DNA of 64,000 nt from Polyangiales bacterium (GCA_965214225.1 OZ243942.1:712298-776297), one strand, 5' to 3'; shown: positions 1 to 9,377, counted from the stretch's first letter. The notes: generated from the letters alone by a model not told the origin. Numbers and translations: made by a program.

Positions 1-1
1 C

Positions 2-376
2 GGAAAGTTCAGCATGTTCAACAAGTACATCTTCCAGTGGGATGCGTACGTAGTCGGCGGTCTCGGTGCCCTTCGCACACGACCAGTACCCGTGGTGGAT
101 CCGGAAATCCGTCAGTTCGACTTTGACTGGCGCTTGGCCTTCAACGCCGGCGTGGGCCTACGGGTGTTTCTCACCCGCTACTTCGCCGTGTTCACGGAGT
201 TACGAGATTACGCTTTTCTGGAACGCCTGGAGAGCACAAACGTGGCTCTAGGGTCTGCTAGAGAAAACAAAGACACGTGGCTCGCCGATAGTCCGAGCCT
301 CACAAACAACGTCACCGTGCATCTCGGTGTTACACTCTTTTTCCCATTTGAGTTCGAGTATAAGCTCCCGAAATAG
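2..376 (+). CDS. outer-membrane beta-barrel domain protein, C-terminal part (5' end outside window)
   Basis: The frame is open from nt 2 with no upstream stop. It shows an amphipathic beta-strand pattern (GVGLRVFLT, TVHLGVTLFFPFEFEY) with an aromatic-rich C-terminus. A similar signal-peptide-bearing gene follows 13 nt downstream. Confidence 0.55.
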   Translation, partial: GKFSMFNKYIFQWDAYVVGGLGALRTRPVPVVDPEIRQFDFDWRLAFNAGVGLRVFLTRYFAVFTELRDYAFLERLESTNVALGSARENKDTWLADSPSLTNNVTVHLGVTLFFPFEFEYKLPK

Positions 377-388
377 GCAAGTGCACTG

Positions 389-1270
389 ATGCGAAGATTC
401 CCTACAATGACTCGCGGTTTTATAAGAAGCGTGATATGCGTCGCCAGCCTTTTGGGGGTAGCGTCCTCTGCAGAGGTAGAAGCTCAAGAAGTTCAGCTAA
501 CGGGGCCCCTCAAGGGCGCTCCAGCCGTTCGCCATCTTCGCCTCTACCGCGAAGGCCGCCTGCAGGTCGCACCTCAGGTGGGCTTTACGCTCCAAGACGA
601 ATATTCCCGAGCGATCATGCTTGGCGGACAGTTGAGCTACCATTTCACCGATTGGATTGGCCTTGGCGTCTGGGGTAGCTACGCCGTTGTGAACTCGGAG
701 ACAGGTCTGACGGGGGAAGTGGCCCAGCGGGGGCAAACAACAAGCCGCAACCTTCTCAGCCTGCCGACCGCTGATGGATTCCCAGACCAGATTGCACAGA
801 TAAACTGGATGGCAGCGGTGCAAGCCAACTTCATCCCGCTTCGCGGCAAGCTTGCGCTGTTCCAAGAGATCTTTCTCGACTCCGACTTCTACCTTTTCGG
901 CGGCCTCGCAGCGATTGGTTTGACTGAGCGAGCCGATGCCGACGGCTCGTGCGCGACCGGTGGTGACCTGTGCCAAAGTACCCAAAGCGAACGGGCATCA
1001 CGGATTGCTCTCGCGCCAACCTTCGGCGCCGGGCTAACAGTTTACCCGAGCTCCTTCTGGGGTGTGGCGTTGGAGTGGCGCGCTCTCCCCTTTGCTTGGA
1101 ACACGTCAGGCACCGATGAGCGCGGCCTGAACGCGAGTAGGCAGGCGGACGGCTCGGGCGAGTTCCCGGACGGTCAGATTGACTCAGACGACCAGATTTA
1201 TCACTTCAATCACATGATCTCGCTGGGCCTCGTTTTCTATCTCCCAACTGATATCAACACCACGCCCTAG
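389..1270 (+). CDS. outer-membrane beta-barrel domain protein with signal peptide
   Basis: N-terminal signal peptide (SVICVASLLGVASSAEVEAQ). Alternating beta-strand segments end in ISLGLVFYLP. Looks like the myxobacterial-type OM beta-barrel domain family (by eye, not searched). Confidence 0.7.
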   Translation: MRRFPTMTRGFIRSVICVASLLGVASSAEVEAQEVQLTGPLKGAPAVRHLRLYREGRLQVAPQVGFTLQDEYSRAIMLGGQLSYHFTDWIGLGVWGSYAVVNSETGLTGEVAQRGQTTSRNLLSLPTADGFPDQIAQINWMAAVQANFIPLRGKLALFQEIFLDSDFYLFGGLAAIGLTERADADGSCATGGDLCQSTQSERASRIALAPTFGAGLTVYPSSFWGVALEWRALPFAWNTSGTDERGLNASRQADGSGEFPDGQIDSDDQIYHFNHMISLGLVFYLPTDINTTP

Positions 1271-1368
1271 CTACTCACGCGGCAGCCGGATTGTGGCCTG
1301 GAGTGCGGCGCCAGCGACAGAAAGACATCGTGCTACGCCCCCCCTAGAGGGCACAGCACTGCCTAGAG

Positions 1369-1468
1369 GCACAGTGCTTGAATGCACACAGCGCTTGAAT
1401 ACACACAGCGCTTGAATACACACAGCGCTTGAATACACACAGCGCTTGAATACACACAGCGCTCGAAA
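1369..1468. repeat. 17-bp tandem repeat, ~6 units (acacacagcgcttgaat)
   Basis: Direct reading gives units at 1384, 1401, 1418 and 1435, plus degenerate units at 1369 and 1452. More degenerate copies (ctagagggcacagcact) extend back to ~1345. The array lies between two convergent gene ends. Confidence 0.95.
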
Positions 1469-1508
1469 ACCGACTCACCAGGGACTGACCAGATACACCT
1501 CTGGCTTG

Positions 1509-2222
1509 TCAGCGAGAGACTACGAACTGGCGGGAGCTCGATATAGACACACCCTCTGGAAGTTGTTTGGACTCGACCTGAAGCTGCTGCGTGGTCCAGC
1601 CAAGACGTGCAGCCGCCTCAAGCACCCGAAGCCTGACTCGCAAGCTCTCGTCTTCAACCACGACTTCTTGAAGTTCCGCCACGCACATCTGTGCATTGTC
1701 CTGAGACACGACAGCCTCTACGGCAGCAAACCTAGCCTCTTCGCTGACGTCATCCAAGAAACGTGATGCAGCGGCTGCAATGCGCTCATCACGCCGTTCA
1801 GCCAACGTCTGGAGTATCTGGACCTTTTTGGCTGGGTCGCGCTCGTAATCTGTATCCATCTTCTCGAGCAACTCCAGAAGCGCCTCAACCATCTGCGTTT
1901 TTGGAAGAAGTTGATCCAGGATCTTCACAGGCCAGCTGATCGAGTCTGACTTCCTCAGCGACGCTTTGACCGGAGCGACTGCGTCATCACCAATCCCCAG
2001 AATCGCTTCATAGGCCCGTTCCTTTTCCTCGTGGTCCGTTATGCTTGGCTCTACGGCAAAGCTGAATCTCTTCATCAGCGCACCGACAGCTTCTGCTGAA
2101 GCGGCCTTGGCTAAGAAATTGATTGACTCCCAGCGGTCTGGAGCCTGCGCGCGCTTGTTAGCTACCTTCGCCGCATGCTTGCTGAATGTTCGCTCGGAGT
2201 TTTTGAAGAGACCAAAGACCAT
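1509..2222 (-). CDS. HEAT/armadillo-like helical repeat protein
   Basis: Start chosen at ATG 2222 (MVFGLFKN), 17 nt after the upstream stop at 2242; the longer ORF to 2360 would overlap that CDS. Helical-repeat composition (VQILQTLAERRDERI, RFAAVEAVV, LRVLEAAARLG). Confidence 0.55.
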   Translation of the reverse strand: MVFGLFKNSERTFSKHAAKVANKRAQAPDRWESINFLAKAASAEAVGALMKRFSFAVEPSITDHEEKERAYEAILGIGDDAVAPVKASLRKSDSISWPVKILDQLLPKTQMVEALLELLEKMDTDYERDPAKKVQILQTLAERRDERIAAAASRFLDDVSEEARFAAVEAVVSQDNAQMCVAELQEVVVEDESLRVRLRVLEAAARLGWTTQQLQVESKQLPEGVSISSSRQFVVSR

Positions 2223-2241
2223 AAGGAAAGAGAGGGTGCCG

Positions 2242-3453
2242 CTACTGCTGCCGTTCGTCAAGAGCCTGTTCTTGTGACGACGCCGAGGCTCCTTGTGCGG
2301 CGCTCCCGCCAGACCAGTTGGACGCAGGATGCGAAGGCCGCGAAACGCGCCCCTCGTCATCTTCCTCGTTGACCCCCGTCACCACATTGACAAGCTGGTT
2401 GATCCGGTAAGCTAAACCACCAAACTCTGGACTCTCAATGTCCAGCCTATGGTCGGTTTTCCCATTGATGATGGTGAGTACGCCCTCCTCTATCCGCTCA
2501 ATGGTCCGAATGAAGTAGGACCCAAGGATGGACCCGTACACCGCCACAAACACCATGCCTAGCGTTGTCATCAGTAAGATGACGAGCAATGCTTGAAGAG
2601 GATCCTCAGCATCGCTTCGATTGCCCAGGAGCAGGTAGTCGACACGCATCGACTTAGCCTTAGGCAATCGAGCTACGGTTCCGACGTAGTCATCTCCTGC
2701 AAGACTGACCGTCCAGATTGAACCGTAGCGTGCGCTGGGAACTTTTTGCGAGGTTGTAAAGAGTTGCTGCCTCAGCGCGCTCGCTTCACCGGCATCAAGC
2801 GACGAACTATACACTTCTCCGTTGAACAAGAAGGCAACGTCGCACCCAAGCAGCCTGGCCTCTCTGGAAGCGAGGCCGTTGGATATATCGTATCCTACTG
2901 CCAGACCACCCAGTATCCCGCCACCTTCGCTCGTGATGGGAGCAACAGCGGTTTGGAACACTTTCTGCTCATCCTTCTTGTACCAAACATCAACAGCTGA
3001 GCGCTTCTTACGCAACGCCTCACTAACCAAGGCGAGCTCGCCATCAAGTGCTTCGTCATACATGCGGTTGATATCTTTATTTCTGGCAACGACGCGTCCC
3101 GTGTCGTCAAACACAACCACAATGTCAGGGCTTCTCCCTCGACCCTGCTGATGGTCCGCGAAGGCAACCTCGAGCGCCTCGATCGCGCTGAAGGCAAGCT
3201 TGCGACGACTCTCCCGGTCAAGACCCGAGAAGATGCGCCGCATTGGGCGCGAAAGCGCCTGTTCGCGCACCCGGTCGACAAATCGGATGCCCGACAGGGC
3301 CCACGACCGCTCGAACAGCACGCTGCTCGACTCAAGAGCCGAGTCCACCCGTGCATCAAGCTTCGCACCTATCTCTGATCTAGCCACGAGATAGGAAACC
3401 AAACCCACAAAAGCGACCGCAGCAAGATTGCCTGCAATGATTTTTGTTCGCAT
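2242..3453 (-). CDS. membrane sensor protein with periplasmic domain and HAMP domain, no recognisable output domain
   Basis: N-terminal TM helix (IIAGNLAAVAFVGLVSYLV) and a second TM helix (LLVILLMTTLGMVFVAVYGSILG). A HAMP-like segment follows (IRTIERIEEGVLTIINGKTDHRLDIESPEFGGLAYRINQLV). The tail is short and low-complexity. Confidence 0.7.
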   Translation of the reverse strand: MRTKIIAGNLAAVAFVGLVSYLVARSEIGAKLDARVDSALESSSVLFERSWALSGIRFVDRVREQALSRPMRRIFSGLDRESRRKLAFSAIEALEVAFADHQQGRGRSPDIVVVFDDTGRVVARNKDINRMYDEALDGELALVSEALRKKRSAVDVWYKKDEQKVFQTAVAPITSEGGGILGGLAVGYDISNGLASREARLLGCDVAFLFNGEVYSSSLDAGEASALRQQLFTTSQKVPSARYGSIWTVSLAGDDYVGTVARLPKAKSMRVDYLLLGNRSDAEDPLQALLVILLMTTLGMVFVAVYGSILGSYFIRTIERIEEGVLTIINGKTDHRLDIESPEFGGLAYRINQLVNVVTGVNEEDDEGRVSRPSHPASNWSGGSAAQGASASSQEQALDERQQ

Positions 3454-3681
3454 GAGTTCTCCCGGTCGAGCGCTCTCACGTCGACAGTTCTCCTACGAGA
3501 GGAGTCTAGCGCTTTGAGACTTCCCAGCACAACTTTGCAGTTTCGCTCAAGAGGCAGAGCCACGCTTCCCTCCCGTCGTACCCCTCCCGATTCTGTGCAC
3601 ACTTACTGTGGCACGCCTACAGAAATCAGCGGAACCTCCGATAGATGCATACAAGGACTGCTCTAACTCGGAGGGTATACA

Positions 3682-3840
3682 ATGTCTTTTTGGTCTGAAG
3701 CCAGTGGTGCAGTAAAAGGTGCGATAGTTGTAGGTGTGATCTGTCTTCTCTATTTGGGTGTAGCAAAAGTGTCACATCTGGCTCCCTTCGGGCGACCTGA
3801 TGGAGCGGACGTGACCCAGGTACGTGGCGTTCAACCGTAG
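3682..3840 (+). CDS. candidate small hydrophobic protein (52 aa)
   Basis: ATG preceded by GGAGGG 7 nt upstream. MSFWSEASGAVKGAIVVGVICLLYLGVAKV... contains one TM-like helix. It is below the ORF-track length cutoff and sits in an otherwise unexplained ~550-nt gap. Confidence 0.3.
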   Translation: MSFWSEASGAVKGAIVVGVICLLYLGVAKVSHLAPFGRPDGADVTQVRGVQP

Positions 3841-4000
3841 GCGCTCTACACGAGTCGTCTAGGCACGTCTGCTTTGTCTGAGGCGTGCTTAGACCACACC
3901 ATCTGCAGGTCCCCTCGTGAGCAGCGACGTGAGCACGATGCAGCTCCAAACAGCAGCTAGAGCATGCGCTAAATAGTGCGTAATGTCTTGGGGAGGTCAC

Positions 4001-5314
4001 TCACACGTCATCTACGCCGACCGTTTGAAGGTCTCGCGTAAAGGCATCGGAGATAGCAAGTGAAGCTTCTCGAACCTCCAGTGTGGAGTCCATGTTGATA
4101 GCGATCGGTCGCATCTGCAGGCTCTCCACCTCCCGAGAGTAGCCAGCGACCAACGAAGCTGCACGCTGAAGTGTTTCAATAAGTAATGCGCTCTCCCTCT
4201 CGATCAGCGGCCATCCACGAAGCTGACTGAGGATGTGCGAGGCGCGCTCATAATGGTTGGGTAAAGCGAGCGTGACGCGATCCAGCGAAGCATGCCCATG
4301 AGGATCGTCAAACGCGACATCCGTCCATACGAAGCCGGAACGCCATGTCATGTGCACCCGCAATAATGCACGCGCGGGCGTGTTTGGCCCGACGCTAACG
4401 CCCAGGATTCGGCTTTCGGGAACGGAGTCCCGCGCAAGTTCCACCATCTGCCTGAACACTTCGCGCACGCGTGCTGCATTGTCCACGTTGTCCACACGAA
4501 ACTCGGGATGGTCCCAAATTCGAAGATCGGGAGAGGCCAGTGTGACGCGCACAGGAAATCCGAAGCGGCTCGCTTCAGATGCTGCGCGCGAAGGACTGAG
4601 ACACAGCTCCGCAGACGGCGTGGGAATGCCAAACAACTCGAGCACCGATTTCGTTGCGGGATCGGAAAGTTGTCGCTTCGGGCCGTAAATAATGCCGATA
4701 ACAGAATCTTTGTTCACTGGAGGTGGCGACCAGGCATCACGTCGCCATTCCGGGTGAAACCATCTCAAGGCCTCAGCAGCCTGAACAAAGTCTTCTGCCT
4801 CTCCCAACGAAGCTGCTTCTTCTCGAGTCCCGCCGCTCAGGCCTAGCAGGCCCTGCCCTAGGTCGACCAGCTTCTGAGAGCTTCTTCGTCTCACATATGG
4901 GAGAGGTGCCAGCTGCAGGCGTTGCACCTCGTTGAGTGAGGCTCGACTAAGGGACCAAGGCATCAAGCACCCAGCAGATGACAGCGCTAGGACGCTTGTG
5001 AAAGCACCGACATCGTTGACTGCGACGAGCCCCAGCGAGCGCATGAGACTAAGGGCGTCGTTCCGCTCTCTATCGACGATCAAGACCGCAACTGGAGCTG
5101 CCTTCTGTCCCAAAGCGCGTAACTTCTCTAGATTCTCTACTGAGGGTCGGTTCGTGAAAGCGGCAGCCTGAAGCGCTTCTTCTTGATGATCCTCTTCCTT
5201 CAAGCGATCCTGAGCGACAAAGGTGCAACGCAGCCCTAGCGCGCTGATCTTGCGCACGATCTCGGAACGAAGAGCTTCTGATTCACACGCTATCTTCCAC
5301 TCACGCATGGTCAC
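4001..5314 (-). CDS. ATP-grasp_5-like domain protein (acetate--CoA ligase family C-terminal-domain-like)
   Basis: The C-terminal half resembles the ADP-forming acetyl-CoA synthetase ATP-grasp domain (KSVLELFGIPTPSAE...ASRFGFPVRVTLASPDL...ILGVSV). The N-terminal half is unassigned. Confidence 0.5.
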   Translation of the reverse strand: MTMREWKIACESEALRSEIVRKISALGLRCTFVAQDRLKEEDHQEEALQAAAFTNRPSVENLEKLRALGQKAAPVAVLIVDRERNDALSLMRSLGLVAVNDVGAFTSVLALSSAGCLMPWSLSRASLNEVQRLQLAPLPYVRRRSSQKLVDLGQGLLGLSGGTREEAASLGEAEDFVQAAEALRWFHPEWRRDAWSPPPVNKDSVIGIIYGPKRQLSDPATKSVLELFGIPTPSAELCLSPSRAASEASRFGFPVRVTLASPDLRIWDHPEFRVDNVDNAARVREVFRQMVELARDSVPESRILGVSVGPNTPARALLRVHMTWRSGFVWTDVAFDDPHGHASLDRVTLALPNHYERASHILSQLRGWPLIERESALLIETLQRAASLVAGYSREVESLQMRPIAINMDSTLEVREASLAISDAFTRDLQTVGVDDV

Positions 5315-5440
5315 TGAGTGGGCGGCAAAGGGAGGCGCAAAGGAAGGGAGTGGCGCATATCGGAGGGGATCATATCAGTACGCCCTACGTCGCAAAACTT
5401 CTTGCCGCTGCAGCGCCGCATCGAGAAAACTATGTTTCCT

Positions 5441-6445
5441 CTACGGCTGAAGTTCCTCTGCCCAGTGCAAAGCCGCCTCCATCCCACCGGCGTCTATTGT
5501 TCCTGCGGCCACTGCGTCGTACGCCACACCATGGTCGACGCTCGTCCGGACATATGGCAGCCCCCACGTCACATTCGCTGCGCTCTGCCAATCCAGAAGC
5601 TTTGATGCAATGGTGGCTTGGTCATGAAACATACAGACCGCACCACCGAACTCCCCCTGCGCTACGAGGCGCAGGGCGCTCTCTGCCCCCATCGGACCTC
5701 TAACCAGACGCCCTGACCCCCGGTGATGAAGCTCACTTACCGCTTCATCAATCGCCGGACGGATGGTTAGCGCTTCCTCATCCCCGAACAATCCCGACTC
5801 GCCTGCGTGGGGGTTGAGACCGCTCACCACAATCGGAAGCGGTACGCTAAGACGGCAGAGCGCCTCGTCTAGATGAACGACGGCACGCTTGACCCTCGAC
5901 GCCAGAAGCTCCCTTGGCACGTCGCGAAGAGCATGGTGTGTCGTCGCGAGCGCAAGCTTCAAGCGGCGTCCGAGAAACATCATTGTCACCGCATCCCGCT
6001 CGAGGCCGCATGACTCCGCCAGGTATTCGGTGTGACCGGTAAAGGGACTCCCCGCCATTGATATGGCGGCCTTGCTCACTGGTCCGGTGACAAGGGCGCC
6101 GCCGCGTTTGCGCACGAAGTGTGCAGCTGCCTGCAATGCGCGGAACTGGTGTTTACCCGAGTCTACATTAGGCGAAGGAACTTTCGCGCGTGCCGCTCGG
6201 CCTACGTCGATCAGTGTGACGGGTGCCCGCAACCGCAGCTCCAATTCTTCAAGAACGTCTGCTGGAACGATGTCGCCTTCCATGCCCAGACTCTTGAGTT
6301 GCTGCGCGTCCCCGAACACGACGTACTGAGATGCAGTGCCTGCCCGTCTTCTTTCGCGAAGCGCCTTTGCCGCGACATGAGGCCCTACGCCGTGCGGGTC
6401 GCCCACGGAAATTACGACCGGCACCCTACGCATTGTCCGAGCCAT
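5441..6445 (-). CDS. pdxA: 4-hydroxythreonine-4-phosphate dehydrogenase
   Basis: PdxA hallmarks are present: VVISVGDPHGVGPHV, GHTEYLAE, LNPHAGESG, FHDQATIASK. Length 334 aa. Confidence 0.9.
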   Translation of the reverse strand: MARTMRRVPVVISVGDPHGVGPHVAAKALRERRRAGTASQYVVFGDAQQLKSLGMEGDIVPADVLEELELRLRAPVTLIDVGRAARAKVPSPNVDSGKHQFRALQAAAHFVRKRGGALVTGPVSKAAISMAGSPFTGHTEYLAESCGLERDAVTMMFLGRRLKLALATTHHALRDVPRELLASRVKRAVVHLDEALCRLSVPLPIVVSGLNPHAGESGLFGDEEALTIRPAIDEAVSELHHRGSGRLVRGPMGAESALRLVAQGEFGGAVCMFHDQATIASKLLDWQSAANVTWGLPYVRTSVDHGVAYDAVAAGTIDAGGMEAALHWAEELQP

Positions 6446-7106
6446 TCCCTGCCCGATATCCCACTCCGCGTATGGTGTGTATCACTTCCGAAAGAGCTGG
6501 CGATTTCGCACGAAGCCTGCGGATGTGGATGTCCACGGTGCGGCTTTTTCTCACGTTACGCACCCCCCAAACGTGCTCAAGCAAAAGCTCCCGAGTAAAC
6601 ACCTGACCACGGCGAGCCAGAAGAAAGCTGAGCAAGTCAAACTCCCGTTGCGTCGTCGCTGCCTTCTGACCATCGACGAACAGTTCGCGTGAGGTGAGGT
6701 CAATGAACACACGACCGAGCTTCATCCGGCACGCGGAGCGGAGAGCGTCGTGCCGCCACTCAAGCCTGCGCAGACGAAGGTAGAGTTCCATAGGTTGGCA
6801 CGGCAGAACCACTACGTCGTCAAACGGCATGCTGGGAGCCAAGCGGGAAAGCCCCTCAGGGGCAACGGCGGCAAGAACTGGAACTCTCTCAGGTGGTCTA
6901 AGAGCTGCAAACAGGGCAAACACCTCGCGAGTGAGCGGGAACAACTCATCCACCTCCACACAGCACAAGGGCGGGGTCTGCAGCATCCGTAGCAGACCGG
7001 CCGAGAGTTCGTCGAGGGTCGCCGTTTCGTAGCTACAGCCAAGGGATGCGAGACTGTCTTCCACCCAAGACCTGCCCTCGCAGTTCTTAACGATCAGAAC
7101 TTGCAT
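6426..7106 (-). CDS. OmpR/PhoB-type winged-helix regulator with degenerate (pseudo-)receiver domain
   Basis: C-terminal trans_reg_C motifs (TQREFDLLSFLLARRGQVFTRELLLEHVWG...TVDIHIRRLRAK...IHTIRGVGYR). The N-terminal REC-like fold lacks the DD acidic pair (VLIVKNCEG) and the conserved Lys (LPC instead of KPF). Overlaps the pdxA start by 20 nt. Confidence 0.85.
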   Translation of the reverse strand: MQVLIVKNCEGRSWVEDSLASLGCSYETATLDELSAGLLRMLQTPPLCCVEVDELFPLTREVFALFAALRPPERVPVLAAVAPEGLSRLAPSMPFDDVVVLPCQPMELYLRLRRLEWRHDALRSACRMKLGRVFIDLTSRELFVDGQKAATTQREFDLLSFLLARRGQVFTRELLLEHVWGVRNVRKSRTVDIHIRRLRAKSPALSEVIHTIRGVGYRAGNGSDNA

Positions 7107-7284
7107 GCGAATGTGCGTCGAATCTCTCTATGTAGGAGTGCGTCCCTGCCCCATGCTGATCGCGACACTCCACCGGTTCCACCAGATCTCGCAGTATCAA
7201 CATTTGAGTGGAAGTCGAACCACTTATCGATGTGTCTACTTATGTGTTCTACCTAACCTATCGGTTGAACTACGTCCATCGCTG

Positions 7285-7547
7285 GTACTCGGTCAATCCC
7301 TGGTGAGTCGATTATCGAGGAGGTTGCATTCAAGCTCTGGAGTCGCAGGAGACGCAGTCGACGCCAACTCCACGCACCATTCCACCGGAGCGAAATGGCC
7401 CACCGGCGCGCGCTTAGGTGCGTGAGGATGGGGCGTAAGGACGGGGTTCAGCGACGGGATACAACGACGGGGTTCAGCGACGGGAGCCGAATGCACAATC
7501 TTCTCGGCAAGCGTGGCTTCCTGGTCGAAAAGCCACTGACCCGGTTG
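7285..7547 (+). mobile_element. MITE copy A (expanded, 263 bp) of a 3-copy hairpin element family
   Basis: Flanked by a perfect 9-bp direct repeat CCATCGCTG (7276-7284 and 7548-7556). The ends gtactcggtcaat / actgacccggttg are degenerate versions of the family TIR. The core aligns with copies at 16203 and 39838 and carries internal duplications. Confidence 0.8.
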
Positions 7548-7646
7548 CCATCGCTGAGCGCTTAGGATCTCCGGCGGCGGACGCCGCAAACCTTTCGTGT
7601 GCGTTGCGCGGCTCCGTGAAGTAGGCTTGAAGCCTGCTATTCGGGG

Positions 7647-9377
7647 ATGGACGTGGAAGAACGAGTCTGGAAGTTAGAAATTCACGATGTTGATGACCCG
7701 GATGACTACCAGACAATCAAAGTCACTGCGGGTCATTGGATGCAAGCTTTGGAGCGGGGAAGAGAGCAGCTAGGTGAAGAAGGGGCCGTGCCCACCGGGG
7801 CGAGTTGTTCCGTTTCGCATCCTGGTCGGGTCGTGGTACATGACCACCGGCACCGTCGTGTGTTCACGCTCACCACACTCATGGAGCAGCGCTCATCGCG
7901 ACAACGAACCTCGCGAGATTCGGCAAGTGTCGGCACACCAACAGCTCCTCGAACTACAAATAGCCGTAAAAGCCGTGGAGGAAAGCGGCCAGGATCGCTT
8001 CGTCCCTCTTCAAGTGCAATCCCCACCGCGTCAGCTTCCCGGCAGGATGCTGCTCACCCGAACACAGACATTGCCTCTCAGCCTGAGGAAGGCGCGATGA
8101 CCTACTCGATTCTAAGTCAGCGACGCCATCAACCCTCGGAGTTCACTCCCTTGGCCTACCGTGAAGTAGCCATAACAGTTGATCCTTCTCTCGCTAAAGA
8201 TGACCTGGCCGCACTGCTGCGCACGTGCCTCGATGCAACACAGCAGGACCTGTTAGGAGTTGAACCAGGACAGCTAGTAAAGATTGCCGCGTTCAGCCAG
8301 GCAGACCCCGACCCCCTGGGGACGCGTCCACTCGCCACTCTCGAGTGGAAAGATTGGGTAGGACGCGTGGAAGTGCATATGGGCAGAGTTGCGCCTGCCG
8401 GTGAGTCTGAGTCCATTGGACCGCAGGTGAAGAAGGTTTCAGACGACACCACGAAGGCACGTGTGGACCAGCCCAGACGCAGAGCGGCATCTTTCAAGGT
8501 GACTCAGCCATTCCCTGCCATTGCACCACCTGCTGCTGGAACTTCGGCTTTGAGTCCCAAGGTGGACCCTCCAAGTCGTAGCAAAGAAACGCCCCCTCCC
8601 GAAGTCGGGCCTCTTCCTAAAGCCGCCGTGGCCCAGACTTCAGCAGGCGGAAGCGGTGCAAGTGGCGGTCGAGAGCAGAAGGAAAAGACGCCAAAGAGTG
8701 CGGCTACCACTGCGTCAGCAGAACATCAGCAAGAAGTGGCCGGTGCCTCTTCCGACGTCACAGGGACCCAGGCGGAAGAGATAAGAAGCGTCTCCAGCAA
8801 CGCCTCTAGTGCAGTTCCTAGCAACATCTCCAATGCAGACGAACCTGACGACATACTAAGTGATGTCTTCGACTCTTGCCACGAGCTCTCTTATCAGCCC
8901 ACGCCTCTTGCCGGGTTCCAGTTCGCTGTCGGAGTTCTCAGCCACTACATCGCCTGCGAGCGTGTAACTGCGGCTATTTATGACATTGACGCGGATGAAC
9001 TGAGGGTTGTCGCCTCAAGCGACCGGTCCGCTGGAAATCTTCATGACACAGTTCCAGCCAGCAGAGGCCTCGTCCAGCGAGCGCTCTCCTCAATCGACCA
9101 AACCCTCCGAGTTGATGCCTGCCAAACCGAGGAAGCCTACGCCGCAGAGACCGATTCCTTAGGCGTCCACAATCCCCGCAATCTTCTTCTCGCCCGAGTC
9201 GCCAAGGGTCGTCATGTACTCGGTCTGCTCCACCTTGCTAACGCCAACAAAGGGGGTAACGCCGAAGATGGATTCACAGGAACCGACGAGGAGGTGGTCA
9301 AATATGTCGCGGAGCAACTCGGCCGTTTCATTGACGGCCGCAGAAAAAGCGCGATTCCCCCTGCGCCCCATCGATAG
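7647..9377 (+). CDS. GAF domain-containing protein with long low-complexity Pro/Ser/Ala-rich linker
   Basis: The C-terminal ~170 aa have a GAF-like pattern (FQFAVGVLSHYIACERVTAAIYDIDADELRVVASS...LLLARVAKGRHVLGLLHLANA). The central region is P/S/A/T-rich. Confidence 0.7.
   Translation: MDVEERVWKLEIHDVDDPDDYQTIKVTAGHWMQALERGREQLGEEGAVPTGASCSVSHPGRVVVHDHRHRRVFTLTTLMEQRSSRQRTSRDSASVGTPTAPRTTNSRKSRGGKRPGSLRPSSSAIPTASASRQDAAHPNTDIASQPEEGAMTYSILSQRRHQPSEFTPLAYREVAITVDPSLAKDDLAALLRTCLDATQQDLLGVEPGQLVKIAAFSQADPDPLGTRPLATLEWKDWVGRVEVHMGRVAPAGESESIGPQVKKVSDDTTKARVDQPRRRAASFKVTQPFPAIAPPAAGTSALSPKVDPPSRSKETPPPEVGPLPKAAVAQTSAGGSGASGGREQKEKTPKSAATTASAEHQQEVAGASSDVTGTQAEEIRSVSSNASSAVPSNISNADEPDDILSDVFDSCHELSYQPTPLAGFQFAVGVLSHYIACERVTAAIYDIDADELRVVASSDRSAGNLHDTVPASRGLVQRALSSIDQTLRVDACQTEEAYAAETDSLGVHNPRNLLLARVAKGRHVLGLLHLANANKGGNAEDGFTGTDEEVVKYVAEQLGRFIDGRRKSAIPPAPHR

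Noticed and set aside
1369-1468. 17-22-bp direct repeats as plasmid or chromosome iterons (replication origin)
   Set aside because: Each array has a different sequence, they are scattered over the window next to ordinary genes, and there is no rep or dnaA context or DnaA-box cluster.
3609-3624. TGGCAC (sigma-54 -24-like) motifs at 3609, at 57225, and on the minus strand of every 18-bp unit at 52823-52894
   Set aside because: None has a TTGC -12 element at the required N5 spacing (CCTACAGA, GTTACTGGCT, TGTGTCCAGG). The 57225 site is the closest (TGGCT) but faces no downstream gene.
3626-4000. 124-aa minus-strand ORF in the 3454-4000 gap
   Set aside because: Cys/His/Arg-rich non-coding-like composition, no RBS and no motifs.
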